64,000 nucleotides of DNA, taken from an uncultured Candidatus Saccharibacteria bacterium. GTDB lineage: Bacteria > Patescibacteriota > Minisyncoccia > Phycocordibacterales > UBA2100. The notes beneath the pieces are model-generated. The model was not told the origin of the DNA. It ran no database searches and saw only the letters and a program-made list of their open reading frames with translations. The stretch lies in NCBI GenBank assembly GCA_964434285.1, contig CAYSUJ010000001.1, positions 33,913-97,912 of the forward strand, read 5' to 3'. Positions within the stretch are counted from its first letter, which is position 1, and each line of letters opens with the position of its first letter. The position numbers and the translations under genes were made by a program. Below, one piece after another: positions 46,578 through 55,182 of the stretch.

Positions 46578-46943
46578 CTAACTGAAAATACAGAGCAAGA
46601 GGAACGATATGCCGGCTGAAAGGATCGCGCTTATTGTATATGCGAAATGCACCGTCTCTTTACTGCTTGCGAGCAGTAGTAATCCTGCTGCAAGGACAAA
46701 GAATCCGAAGCCGTACCACCTATGCATTGGCACCTCCTTCTGCATGCATAATGCGACGCATCCCGTAAGTATAAGAAGGCAAATGCCGACAAGGATTTGT
46801 GCGTGCCATGCCCATGCGGGAAAGGAAATCCCAAAGAGCGAAGCAAGTGACATTGCCACAGGGAACACCACGATGCTTACCGCTAATGTGTGAATGCTGT
46901 GGCGTATCGAGTTTTTGACGAGGTCTTTCACGTGTATCTGCAT
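46578..46943 (-). CDS. hypothetical membrane protein (4 predicted TM)
   Basis: GGAGG RBS 8 nt upstream of the ATG at 46943. The track ORF extends to 47018. Confidence 0.4.
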   Translation of the reverse strand: MQIHVKDLVKNSIRHSIHTLAVSIVVFPVAMSLASLFGISFPAWAWHAQILVGICLLILTGCVALCMQKEVPMHRWYGFGFFVLAAGLLLLASSKETVHFAYTISAILSAGISFLLLCIFS

Positions 46944-47065
46944 GATTTGAGCCTCCAAACGCTCCGCCGCTGGCGGAGCTCCTCTCATAATTGTAGTAGT
47001 CACTCTTACTCGTGCCATTGACTAACAACCAATCTCATTTCATGACACATTTCTACTTCATAATT

Positions 47066-47130
47066 TGTGGATAAGTGAGGTGCTGTGGGATATAGTGGAA
47101 TATACTCTAATTCAGTGGGAGAAAGTGGGA
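47066..47130 (+). promoter_or_regulatory. MraZ-box-like GTGG(G/A)A direct repeats upstream of mraZ
   Basis: GTGGAT at 47066, GTGAGG at 47075, GTGGGA at 47085, GTGGAA at 47095, and GTGGGA at 47115 and 47125. Core repeats show about 10-bp periodicity. A TATACT -10-like hexamer lies at 47101. Confidence 0.45.
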
Positions 47131-47173
47131 AATGCGGTTGCGCGCAGATTCCATCCTTCCAAAATTTTTAACC

Positions 47174-47608
47174 ATGTTCATCGGGGAATACGAACACACA
47201 CTTGATGATAAAAGCCGCGTCTCTCTCCCGAGGCAGTTCCGTACGGGTCTCGGGAGGAAGGTGGTCATGACGCGAGGCTTAGACAATTGTTTGTTCGTCT
47301 ACTCTCGTTCGAGTTGGGAGAAAGTGGCCGCAAAGTTGCAGGAACTTTCTTTCGCTCAAGCAGATACGCGCGGCTTCAATCGCTTCATTCTTTCAGGTGC
47401 AGCGGAGGTCGAGGTGGATTCTGCCGGACGCGTGCTTATTCCAGAACACCAACGGGCTTTTGCAGGACTCACCAAGAATTGTGTCTTTGCAGGAGTTTCC
47501 GACCGGGTCGAGGTGTGGGATGCAAAGCGTTGGAACGAATACAAGGCGGCTATCGAAAAGAAAGCAGACGCTTTGGCGGAGAAGCTTGGTGAGGTGGGCG
47601 CGCTCTAA
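47174..47608 (+). CDS. mraZ: transcriptional regulator MraZ
   Basis: MFIGEYEHTLDDKSRVSLP and a second DxxxR repeat (duplicated MraZ domain). The track ORF starts at 47132. Confidence 0.85.
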   Translation: MFIGEYEHTLDDKSRVSLPRQFRTGLGRKVVMTRGLDNCLFVYSRSSWEKVAAKLQELSFAQADTRGFNRFILSGAAEVEVDSAGRVLIPEHQRAFAGLTKNCVFAGVSDRVEVWDAKRWNEYKAAIEKKADALAEKLGEVGAL

Positions 47609-47637
47609 GCGGGCTCGGGTTGCTAGAGGACATCGTC

Positions 47638-48591
47638 ATGCGCACGCGACGTAATAAATCCTCTAGCTACCCGATGCCGTTTCGGCATCGCGATGTGGTT
47701 CAAAGGGAAGCGAGTCACATTAGTGTTCTTTCAAATGAGATTGTTTCAGGGCTTGCACTACAGGAGGCGGATGTCGTTCTTGATGCAACGCTCGGCGGCG
47801 CAGGACACGCGCGCATGATCTGTGAGAAACTCGGGAAGCAGGGAATCTTTCTGGGAATCGACGCAGATAGTGCAGCGATCACGCGAGCCGAGGTGGCACT
47901 CAAAGGCGTCGAGCCTCGTGTAATCATTCGTCAGGGAAACTTTCGGAATCTCGTGCACGTTGCACGCGAAGCCGGCGTTCCCGCTCTCAGGAAGGCGCTA
48001 TTCGACCTTGGCTGGAGCGGATTTCAGCTCGCGGAAGGGAAAGGGTTTTCCTTTCTTGCCGACGAGCCACTTCTCATGACCTATGGCGAGCCCGTGGAAG
48101 GCGTACTCACCGCGCGCGAGATTGTGAACACGTGGGAAGAAGAATCATTGATGCACGTGTTCGAGGGTTGGGGAGAAGAAGCGCATGCTGGACGCATCGC
48201 GCGCGGTATCGTCGAAGCGAGACGCGAAAAGCCAGTAGAAACGGCACGCGAGCTTGCCGAGATTGTGCGCTCGTCGGTGCCTGTGTGGTATCGCAAGGGC
48301 CATACCCATCCCGCGACGAAGACATTCCAAGCACTTCGCATCGCGGTGAATGACGAAATGGGTGCTTTGAAGGAGGGAATCACGGGGGCGTGGGAGATGC
48401 TTGCGAAAGGCGGTCGCCTTGCTGTCATCACCTTTCACTCAACCGAGGATCGCGAGGTGAAGCGCTTATTCAACCAGTTTGTGACTGAAGGCGGAGTGCT
48501 CTTTACCAAAAAGCCTCAGAAACCATCTCGAGAAGAACTTAGAACAAATCCCCGTGCGCGAAGTGCGAAACTTAGAATCATTACAAAATAG
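47638..48591 (+). CDS. rsmH: 16S rRNA (cytosine1402-N4)-methyltransferase RsmH (MraW)
   Basis: HISVLSNEIVSGL...DATLGGAGHA SAM-binding motif. Located in the dcw cluster. A TTG alternative start lies at 47620. Confidence 0.85.
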   Translation: MRTRRNKSSSYPMPFRHRDVVQREASHISVLSNEIVSGLALQEADVVLDATLGGAGHARMICEKLGKQGIFLGIDADSAAITRAEVALKGVEPRVIIRQGNFRNLVHVAREAGVPALRKALFDLGWSGFQLAEGKGFSFLADEPLLMTYGEPVEGVLTAREIVNTWEEESLMHVFEGWGEEAHAGRIARGIVEARREKPVETARELAEIVRSSVPVWYRKGHTHPATKTFQALRIAVNDEMGALKEGITGAWEMLAKGGRLAVITFHSTEDREVKRLFNQFVTEGGVLFTKKPQKPSREELRTNPRARSAKLRIITK

Positions 48592-48605
48592 ATATCACAT
48601 ATTGT

Positions 48606-48938
48606 ATGCAGACACAGCACATTTCCATACGACTCGACGCGTTTCCTGGAGAACAGCATGCTCTTCGAGTGTTGGGTCTTGCGATTGTTGGATCCGCCTT
48701 TGCTTATGTCTTGCTTGTGTCATTTTCAATCATGAATGTGATAGCATATCGCGAAGCAGTCGCGGCAACTGAGAGTCTTCGAACAAGTGTTAGTATGCTG
48801 GAACAAGACTATTTTGAGCTCTCAAGTCAGGTAGATCAAGAGGCGGCAACCAGTCTTGGACTCGTTCCGGTGTCCGAACAAACATTCGTCCGCGAGCCAA
48901 GTTCGCTGGGAGATGCATGGAGACCAAGTGCTCTCTAA
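48606..48938 (+). CDS. FtsL-like cell division membrane protein
   Basis: Small single-TM protein with a coiled-coil-like periplasmic tail, in the canonical position between rsmH and ftsI. Confidence 0.45.
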   Translation: MQTQHISIRLDAFPGEQHALRVLGLAIVGSAFAYVLLVSFSIMNVIAYREAVAATESLRTSVSMLEQDYFELSSQVDQEAATSLGLVPVSEQTFVREPSSLGDAWRPSAL

Positions 48939-48965
48939 TTCGCTTCCGTCGCGTATACTACTCAC

Positions 48966-50681
48966 ATGCGTGCACGACTTGTGCTTCGGGCGAGACTCCT
49001 CTCGCTGGTTATGGTTTTTGTTGCTATCGTGCTCGTAGCTCGTTTGTACCAGCTCCAAATTATTCGCGGAGATGACTATGCTCGTAAAGCGGAGGGGCAA
49101 TATATGGAGGCAGTGACCGATGAAGCGCCTCGCGGCGAGATTTTTTTTAGAAAAAAAGGTGGTGAGCGTGTTGCGGCTGCGCTCATGCAAAATGGCTGGC
49201 GCGTCGCAATGGACCCTCGCGCTCTTGAAGATGTTGATGACGCGCTGCAAAAACTTTCGGCTATTGTTACAGTCGACGAAGCACGATTTAAAACAAGTGC
49301 TGCACGGAAGAATGATCCCTACGAGGATATCGTCTTTAAGCTAGATGATCGGCAGGCAAAAGCAGTAAGAGAGGCCGACATTCCAGGAATATTTACTGTA
49401 CGTGATGAGTGGCGGTTCTATCCAGCGGAACGTCTAGCTGCGCATGCCCTTGGCTTTGTGAGTTATCGTGGCACGCGAAAAGAAGGAGTGTATGGCCTCG
49501 AACGATACTGGGAGCATGTTTTGCGCCATGAAGGCAGCGGGCTCTATGTGAATCCCTTTGCAGAAATATTTTCAGATCTCGGGGCATTGGTTGTGGACCC
49601 CTCAAAGCAAGAGGGGAGTGTTGTTACTTCGCTCGAACCTATTGCACAAAGAGAACTTGAAAACACCATCGCGAAAGTGGTCGAAGCCTATAGTCCGCGT
49701 TCTGCGGGGGGCATAGTGATGGATCCGAAAAATGGTGAAATTTATGCGCTTGCAATAGCACCGAATTTCGATCCCAACACCTTCAATCTCGTGGATGACG
49801 TGGGCATCTTTTCCAACCCCTTAGTGGAGCGGAGGTATGAAATGGGATCAATCGTAAAGCCTTTGACGATCGCCGCTGCAATCGATGCGGGTGCAATCAC
49901 GCCACATACAACATATGAGGACAAAGGCTGCATCACAAAATCGGGTTACAAACTATGTAATTTCGATTTTAGAGGTCGTGGCGTTGTGCCGATGCAAGAG
50001 GTGCTCTCGCAGTCCTTGAACACCGGCGTTTCCTTTGCGGTGGACAAGATGGGTAATGCAGCCTTCGCTGACTATATGAAGCGATTCGGTTTGGGCGAAG
50101 AAACTGGCATTGATCTACCAGGAGAAATTGCAGGTGCCATCGATTCGCTTTTTGTGCAGGGGGCGGCCGATGTGGACTTCGCTTCGGCATCGTTCGGGCA
50201 GTCCATCGCGATCACGCCGATTGCAATGATTAGAGCGCTTGCCGCACTCGCTAATGGTGGCGTAATACCAGAGCCACATGTCGCTACGGCCATTCGCACC
50301 GAGTCTGGCATTGAGCGCCGTATCATCATTCCTCAGGGTGAGCGTGTCTTAAAACCCGAGACAGCTGAAACAGTTACGAATATGCTCGTGAAGGTATATG
50401 ACGACGCATTGTTAGAGGGCGTGTTGAAACAAGAGCATTATTCCATTGCGGCGAAAACAGGCACTGCTCAAATCGCAATCCCTGGCGGCGGCGGCTATTA
50501 TACAGATCGCTGGCTCCATTCATTTTTTGGCTACTTCCCTGCATACGAACCGCGGTTCATTGTTTTGCTCTACGCCATCGAGCCGCATAATGAACAATAC
50601 GCTTCGCGCACCCTTGCGCGGCCATTCGACGAACTCGCAAAGTTTTTAATCAACTACTACGAGATTCCACCGGATCGATAG
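48966..50681 (+). CDS. ftsI: penicillin-binding protein 2 / FtsI-type transpeptidase
   Basis: N-terminal TM and dimerisation domain. Transpeptidase motifs GSIVKP (SxxK), SLNTG (SxN) and AKTGTAQ (KTG). Confidence 0.8.
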   Translation: MRARLVLRARLLSLVMVFVAIVLVARLYQLQIIRGDDYARKAEGQYMEAVTDEAPRGEIFFRKKGGERVAAALMQNGWRVAMDPRALEDVDDALQKLSAIVTVDEARFKTSAARKNDPYEDIVFKLDDRQAKAVREADIPGIFTVRDEWRFYPAERLAAHALGFVSYRGTRKEGVYGLERYWEHVLRHEGSGLYVNPFAEIFSDLGALVVDPSKQEGSVVTSLEPIAQRELENTIAKVVEAYSPRSAGGIVMDPKNGEIYALAIAPNFDPNTFNLVDDVGIFSNPLVERRYEMGSIVKPLTIAAAIDAGAITPHTTYEDKGCITKSGYKLCNFDFRGRGVVPMQEVLSQSLNTGVSFAVDKMGNAAFADYMKRFGLGEETGIDLPGEIAGAIDSLFVQGAADVDFASASFGQSIAITPIAMIRALAALANGGVIPEPHVATAIRTESGIERRIIIPQGERVLKPETAETVTNMLVKVYDDALLEGVLKQEHYSIAAKTGTAQIAIPGGGGYYTDRWLHSFFGYFPAYEPRFIVLLYAIEPHNEQYASRTLARPFDELAKFLINYYEIPPDR

Positions 50682-50740
50682 ACTTAGAGAATTGGCCATG
50701 TTAGGGCTGCGTTAGCTTCAATCCCAAAGGAGCAATCGCG

Positions 50741-50950
50741 ATGACTTATAGGAGATCGATTGGTCTGACCAGGCAGGCCTATCAAGTTGTAAGAAAGGCG
50801 GCAGAGGAGCATGATGTATCTGGCAATCAGATCATCGAAATGGCAATTCTCTGGTGGGAACGTTGCGAGCGCGCAACCAAGGGGCGCCGCATTGTCTCGA
50901 TAACCGTTGAAAACCCCGATGGTTCCGGAGAAACGTTCCGCGTACTCTAG
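50741..50950 (+). CDS. ribbon-helix-helix (CopG/Arc-like) small protein
   Basis: AAAGGAG RBS. MTYRRSIGLTRQAYQVVRKAAEEHDVSGNQIIEMAILWW fits the RHH beta-alpha-alpha pattern. Inserted between ftsI and murF. Confidence 0.45.
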   Translation: MTYRRSIGLTRQAYQVVRKAAEEHDVSGNQIIEMAILWWERCERATKGRRIVSITVENPDGSGETFRVL

Positions 50951-50973
50951 TAGCATGCTGCTCAAGCGACAGG

Positions 50974-51007
50974 CAAAAGCCTCTTGCATGAGCGGCTTTT
51001 GTTTTTT
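50974..51007 (+). terminator. rho-independent terminator CAAAAGCC...GGCTTTTG plus TTTTTT
   Basis: 8-bp stem with a 12-nt loop followed by a U6 tract, located just upstream of murF. Confidence 0.6.
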
Positions 51008-51028
51008 GGTACAATGGGTAGACACACC

Positions 51029-52327
51029 ATGAAATCCCTACTCCGCACGCTCATCGTCGCCATACTCACCTGGGAGGCTCGCCTCGTTTTAAAGCGTCGC
51101 AAGCCGAAAATTATTGCAGTGACGGGAAGTGCCGGGAAGACATCCTCCAAAGATGCGATTTTCGCTGTCCTTTCGTATGCGGGGCTTTCGGTACGGAAGA
51201 GTGAGAAGAGTTACAACTCTGAATTTGGCGTGCCACTCACCATTCTCGGTCTCGAGACGGGGTGGAGCTCTCCGTGGCACTGGATCGCGAACATCGCGCA
51301 GGGCCTCATGACCGCCTTCGGGAACGATCCCTACCCTGTGTGGCTTGTTGTTGAGGTAGGAGCGGACCGACCGGGCGATATTCGCCGCATCGCGCGCTGG
51401 CTCAAGCCCGATATCGCCGTTATTACCTCAATTCCCGATATTCCTGTGCATGTGGAATATTTCCACTCCCCGCACGCGCTCGCGCAGGAGAAGCGCCGCT
51501 TGGCAGAACACATGCGTCCGGGCGGGCTTCTCATCATCAATGGCGACGACACTTACACCAAACACATTCATGCCGAGTTTGCTGATTCCGCGGTCACGTT
51601 TGGCTTTGAGGGGCACAACGCATTCGTTGCGAAAGATGCGGGCATTCATTACGAGGAGAAAAAACCGGTCGGCATGCATTTCTACTGCGAGCACTCAAAT
51701 AGCCGCATTTCGGTGACTGTGCTCGGCGCCCTCGGCAAGCCTCGCATCTATTCCACACTGTGTGCGCTTGCAGTTGCCGAAGCGACAGGTATTGCTCTCG
51801 AGTCGGCTGCGGAGGCACTTGCAAAGTTTGAGCCACCGCCGGGACGTATGCGCATATTGCCAGGTATTCGCGGTTCAGTGATTATTGACGACACCTACAA
51901 CTCGAGTCCGGCAGCCGCGCTTTCAGCACTTGAGACTCTCAAAGAGATAAAAGGTTTGAAGCGTCGCATTGCAGTCTTGGGGGACATGCTCGAACTCGGT
52001 CGCTTTTCAAAAATGGCACACACGCAGGTGGGGGAGATGGCAAAACAATCTGCTGATCTCCTGATCACCGTCGGCTTTCGGGCGAAAGAGATAGGGCAGG
52101 TTGCACTCGACCACGGGATGCCGGAATCGAATATCCGTGCGTATGACCAGCAGGAATCCGCTCGGGTTGGCAAAGAACTCGAGCCCGAATTAAAAGAGGG
52201 CGTCGTGGTTTTGGTGAAAGGTTCGCAAGGCATGCGCATGGAAAAGACCGTTCTCGAAATTATGGCTGATCCTGAACGAGCACCAGAACTGCTCGTGCGT
52301 ATGGATCGAGATTGGCGGATGCGATAA
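51029..52327 (+). CDS. murF: UDP-N-acetylmuramoyl-tripeptide--D-alanyl-D-alanine ligase
   Basis: Mur ligase P-loop AVTGSAGKTS plus middle and C-terminal Mur ligase domains. The track ORF starts at 50984. Confidence 0.85.
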   Translation: MKSLLRTLIVAILTWEARLVLKRRKPKIIAVTGSAGKTSSKDAIFAVLSYAGLSVRKSEKSYNSEFGVPLTILGLETGWSSPWHWIANIAQGLMTAFGNDPYPVWLVVEVGADRPGDIRRIARWLKPDIAVITSIPDIPVHVEYFHSPHALAQEKRRLAEHMRPGGLLIINGDDTYTKHIHAEFADSAVTFGFEGHNAFVAKDAGIHYEEKKPVGMHFYCEHSNSRISVTVLGALGKPRIYSTLCALAVAEATGIALESAAEALAKFEPPPGRMRILPGIRGSVIIDDTYNSSPAAALSALETLKEIKGLKRRIAVLGDMLELGRFSKMAHTQVGEMAKQSADLLITVGFRAKEIGQVALDHGMPESNIRAYDQQESARVGKELEPELKEGVVVLVKGSQGMRMEKTVLEIMADPERAPELLVRMDRDWRMR

Positions 52328-52341
52328 TATAAAAGTAAGAA

Positions 52342-52362
52342 GCGGCCGAGATTCTCGGCCGC
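52342..52362. terminator. GC inverted repeat GCGGCCGAGA..TCTCGGCCGC between murF and a convergent small gene
   Basis: 10-bp inverted repeat. A T-rich tract follows on the minus strand only, so it more likely terminates the minus-strand ORF. Confidence 0.45.
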
Positions 52363-52379
52363 TCGACAAGCGTTACTAG

Positions 52380-52546
52380 CTCAGCATTCGCAGATGAGAG
52401 CGCGTTTTGCGAATGTCCTGCTGTGCGTGTACGACCCGCCAGTAATCTCGCGCTTTGATCGCCATGATGAACTCCTTCAATTGCGCCATGTAGAGTTCCC
52501 ACGTGGTGCAGTTGGCGGGTGTGCGATGAAGCTCTAGCATTGTTTC
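52380..52546 (-). CDS. hypothetical small protein (55 aa; below the ORF-track length cutoff)
   Basis: Hand translation: MLELHRTPANCTTWELYMAQLKEFIMAIKARDYWRVVHAQQDIRKTRSHLRMLS. GGAGG RBS 6 nt upstream. A terminator lies downstream. Confidence 0.35.
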
Positions 52547-52794
52547 CTCCTATTGGTGCTGAGTTGAACTGCTTTGACAGACTGTCGTATATTATTCAGC
52601 TCTGACTCGATATCGTCAAGTTCTGCTCCTATGTCTCGGGGGTCTAAAATGCGAGGAAGAATGTGAATATGCCACAACTCGGGTGAGAGCTTGCCTAACA
52701 TGAATCGTGTCCAAAGACGCTTGAGAGCCGTATACATGAGCTTTCTCCTAAACGATTCTACGGTCATCATAGCATTGCGTCCCAATAGAACCAC
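52534..52794 (-). CDS. hypothetical small ORF (start uncertain; possible ATG at 52770)
   Basis: 86-aa track ORF with a weak RBS. Sits between murF and tRNA-Glu where mraY would be expected. Confidence 0.25.
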   Translation of the reverse strand: MVLLGRNAMMTVESFRRKLMYTALKRLWTRFMLGKLSPELWHIHILPRILDPRDIGAELDDIESELNNIRQSVKAVQLSTNRRKQC

Positions 52795-52841
52795 TCCCGC
52801 TAACTGGTGCCACCCTCTTGTTTGTTGTATATTCAGTTCGC

Positions 52842-52913
52842 GGCCTTATCGTCTAGCGGCTAGGACACATCCTTCTCAAGGATGGAACCGGGGTTCGATT
52901 CCCCGTAAGGTCA
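52842..52913 (+). tRNA. tRNA-Glu (anticodon CTC)
   Basis: Acceptor GGCCTTA/TAAGGTC, D-arm GTCT-AGCGGCTA-GGAC, anticodon stem-loop CATCC-TTCTCAA-GGATG, T-arm CGGGG-TTCGATT-CCCCG. CCA is not encoded. Confidence 0.85.
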
Positions 52914-53168
52914 AAAAATAACAAGGACGACACAGTGTGTCGGCTGACTATATTATTCTCGACCTTACAGGGAATAGAAGGCGGGTGCGGACACCCATTC
53001 AGCAGCATGGGCCGCACGAGCAGGGGTGATAGGAGTTTAAATTTGGCGGAATGAAAACAAGCTCTTGGCCGTTTCCCGTAAGGTCATCAAATAACTAAAT
53101 GTAATTTGCGTGCGCCATTGTGAATATCACGTCATTGACAACATATTAGAAAGCGCTAATATGAAACA

Positions 53169-53441
53169 ATGGTGCTCGAAAAGGTGTGCAGGGCGTTTGG
53201 TAACCCCGAGCGAGTGAAGCTCGTGGCGTGTCTCGCGCACGAAGCCACAGTTGAAACGCTCCTTAGAAAGTGCAGCCTAAGCCAGAGTGCGCTTTCTCAG
53301 CATCTTGCAATCTTGCGAGATGCACGTGCGGTGCACACGCGCCGTGAGGGAAAGCACATATATTACAAGGCCGCATCGCCGCATGTTGGGCGACTTGCGC
53401 GCATGGTTATCGAATTAAGCAATCAAAAAGACAACGTATGA
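53169..53441 (+). CDS. ArsR/SmtB family transcriptional regulator
   Basis: wHTH ...ETLLRKCSLSQSALSQHLAILRDARAVHTRREGKHIYY. First gene of the operon with rhodanese and MBL genes. Confidence 0.75.
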   Translation: MVLEKVCRAFGNPERVKLVACLAHEATVETLLRKCSLSQSALSQHLAILRDARAVHTRREGKHIYYKAASPHVGRLARMVIELSNQKDNV

Positions 53442-53959
53442 AACACATTAGCGTATCCGGTCTGCGCCATGTCATGCAAACAGAATCGCACAATCCGACG
53501 ATAGACTTTATCAATGTCTGCACGAGCGCAGAGTACAATGAAAAGCATATAGCGGGTGTTCGCTCCGTTCCGCTTGATGAACTCGAGCAGCGCCTGCCCG
53601 AATTTTCTGGAAAGAAAACTATCTACATCCACTGTCGTTCGGGCCGCCGCGGTGCAGAGGCGATTCAGAAGCTCGCAGGACTCGGAGTGCAGGCTGAGCT
53701 CGTCAATGTAGAGGGCGGTCTCATAGCCTGGGAGGGTGCTGGCTTTGCGACGAAAGCGAACACGACGCGTATGCCACTCATGCGACAAGTCTTCCTTGGT
53801 GCGGGTGTTGTCACGCTCGTTGGATCCGTGCTTGCGCTCACGATCAACCCTCTTTTCGTCTATATTCCGCTCGTCGTTTCGCTTGGTCTCATGCTCTCGG
53901 GGGCAACGGGATGGTGCGGCATGGCGTTTCTACTCGCGCGCATGCCCTGGAACAGGTAA
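53438..53959 (+). CDS. rhodanese-domain protein with C-terminal DUF2892-like TM domain (YgaP-like)
   Basis: Rhodanese active-site loop CRSGRRG followed by 2 TM segments. Its start overlaps the arsR stop. Confidence 0.7.
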   Translation: MKHISVSGLRHVMQTESHNPTIDFINVCTSAEYNEKHIAGVRSVPLDELEQRLPEFSGKKTIYIHCRSGRRGAEAIQKLAGLGVQAELVNVEGGLIAWEGAGFATKANTTRMPLMRQVFLGAGVVTLVGSVLALTINPLFVYIPLVVSLGLMLSGATGWCGMAFLLARMPWNR

Positions 53960-53992
53960 CTCAATCATTGGAACTCAATCCAGCACATATCT

Positions 53993-54856
53993 ATGCACAA
54001 AAATCTGAACATTCATCCAATATTCGACACTGATTCTCACACCATCACCTATGTCGTGTGGGATTCGGAAACAAAGCACTCAGCCGTCATCGATTCCGTT
54101 CTCGATTACAATCACAAGAACGTCGAAACAAAGACCGATCTCGCCGACAAAGTCGTCGCGTTCATCAACGAAAACGCTCTCACGAACGATTGGCTCCTTG
54201 AAACGCATATGCATGCGGATCACATCTCGGCATCGTCATACCTTAAAGAGAACATAGGCGGAAAGAAAGCAATTGGAAGTGCTATCACCAAGGTTCAGTC
54301 GTATTTGAAAAAAGCGTTTGACCTAAACGACGCATTCAAAACCGACGGCTCTCAGTTCGATGTGCTATTCGACGATGGAACAACGTTCGGGGTCGGCTCA
54401 ATCCCTGCGCGTGCAATACATGCGCCGGGGCACACACCCGCGGATATGGTGTACGAAATCGGCGGCGTTTTGTTTGTCGGTGACACACTCTTTGCACCCG
54501 ACATGGGCACCGCACGGTGCGATTTTCCAGGTGGTTCGGCCGAGAGCATGTATGCCTCCGTTCGACGCATCCTCGAATCGTATCCCGCAGAAACGCCGAT
54601 CTACCTTTGTCACGATTATCCAGAAGGAAATGGAAGAGAGGTTAGTTACCGTACAACAATCGGTGAAGAGCGAGAAAAGAACATCCATGTGCGCGACGGC
54701 ATTACTAAAGAGGAGTTTATTCAGATGCGAATCGCGCGCGACAAGACGCTCGATCTGCCTACTTACATATTCCCGTCGGTGCAGATTAATGGAAACGCGG
54801 GCTCAATAGTGCCGGGCGAGTTTATTAAGCTTACCTACAATAAGCGGGTGTTATAA
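53993..54856 (+). CDS. MBL-fold metallo-hydrolase, persulfide dioxygenase (ETHE1/Blh)-like
   Basis: HMHADH (HxHxDH), downstream His/Asp ligands, and an ArsR-rhodanese operon context. Confidence 0.65.
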   Translation: MHKNLNIHPIFDTDSHTITYVVWDSETKHSAVIDSVLDYNHKNVETKTDLADKVVAFINENALTNDWLLETHMHADHISASSYLKENIGGKKAIGSAITKVQSYLKKAFDLNDAFKTDGSQFDVLFDDGTTFGVGSIPARAIHAPGHTPADMVYEIGGVLFVGDTLFAPDMGTARCDFPGGSAESMYASVRRILESYPAETPIYLCHDYPEGNGREVSYRTTIGEEREKNIHVRDGITKEEFIQMRIARDKTLDLPTYIFPSVQINGNAGSIVPGEFIKLTYNKRVL

Positions 54857-54887
54857 AAGAGAGCCGCCCGCGGAGCGGGCGGCGTCC

Positions 54888-55133
54888 TCACCGATTCGTA
54901 GCAAGGAGGGGTTCCGTGCCGTATGAAATGAACTCTTCCAACGGCAATTCACGCAACTCCATGAGTTGGTTGTGGGTGAGCTCGGCTTTTACGAAGAGTC
55001 TCACCTTGTCACGCTCGACGATATCGATGTTGTTGCGCCTCAAGAACTGAACAATGGTATCGAAGTCATTAGCGGTTGTCGTGTCGATGTAAAGCAGTGT
55101 CATAAGGGTCTCCCTGGTCAGAGCATTCTGCAC
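54888..55133 (-). CDS. hypothetical small protein
   Basis: 81-aa ORF convergent with the MBL gene. No family assigned. Confidence 0.3.
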   Translation of the reverse strand: MQNALTRETLMTLLYIDTTTANDFDTIVQFLRRNNIDIVERDKVRLFVKAELTHNQLMELRELPLEEFISYGTEPLLATNR

Positions 55134-55182
55134 AAGATTATATCATGATAAACCGTACTCGTCATTGTGTGCTACACGCAGA

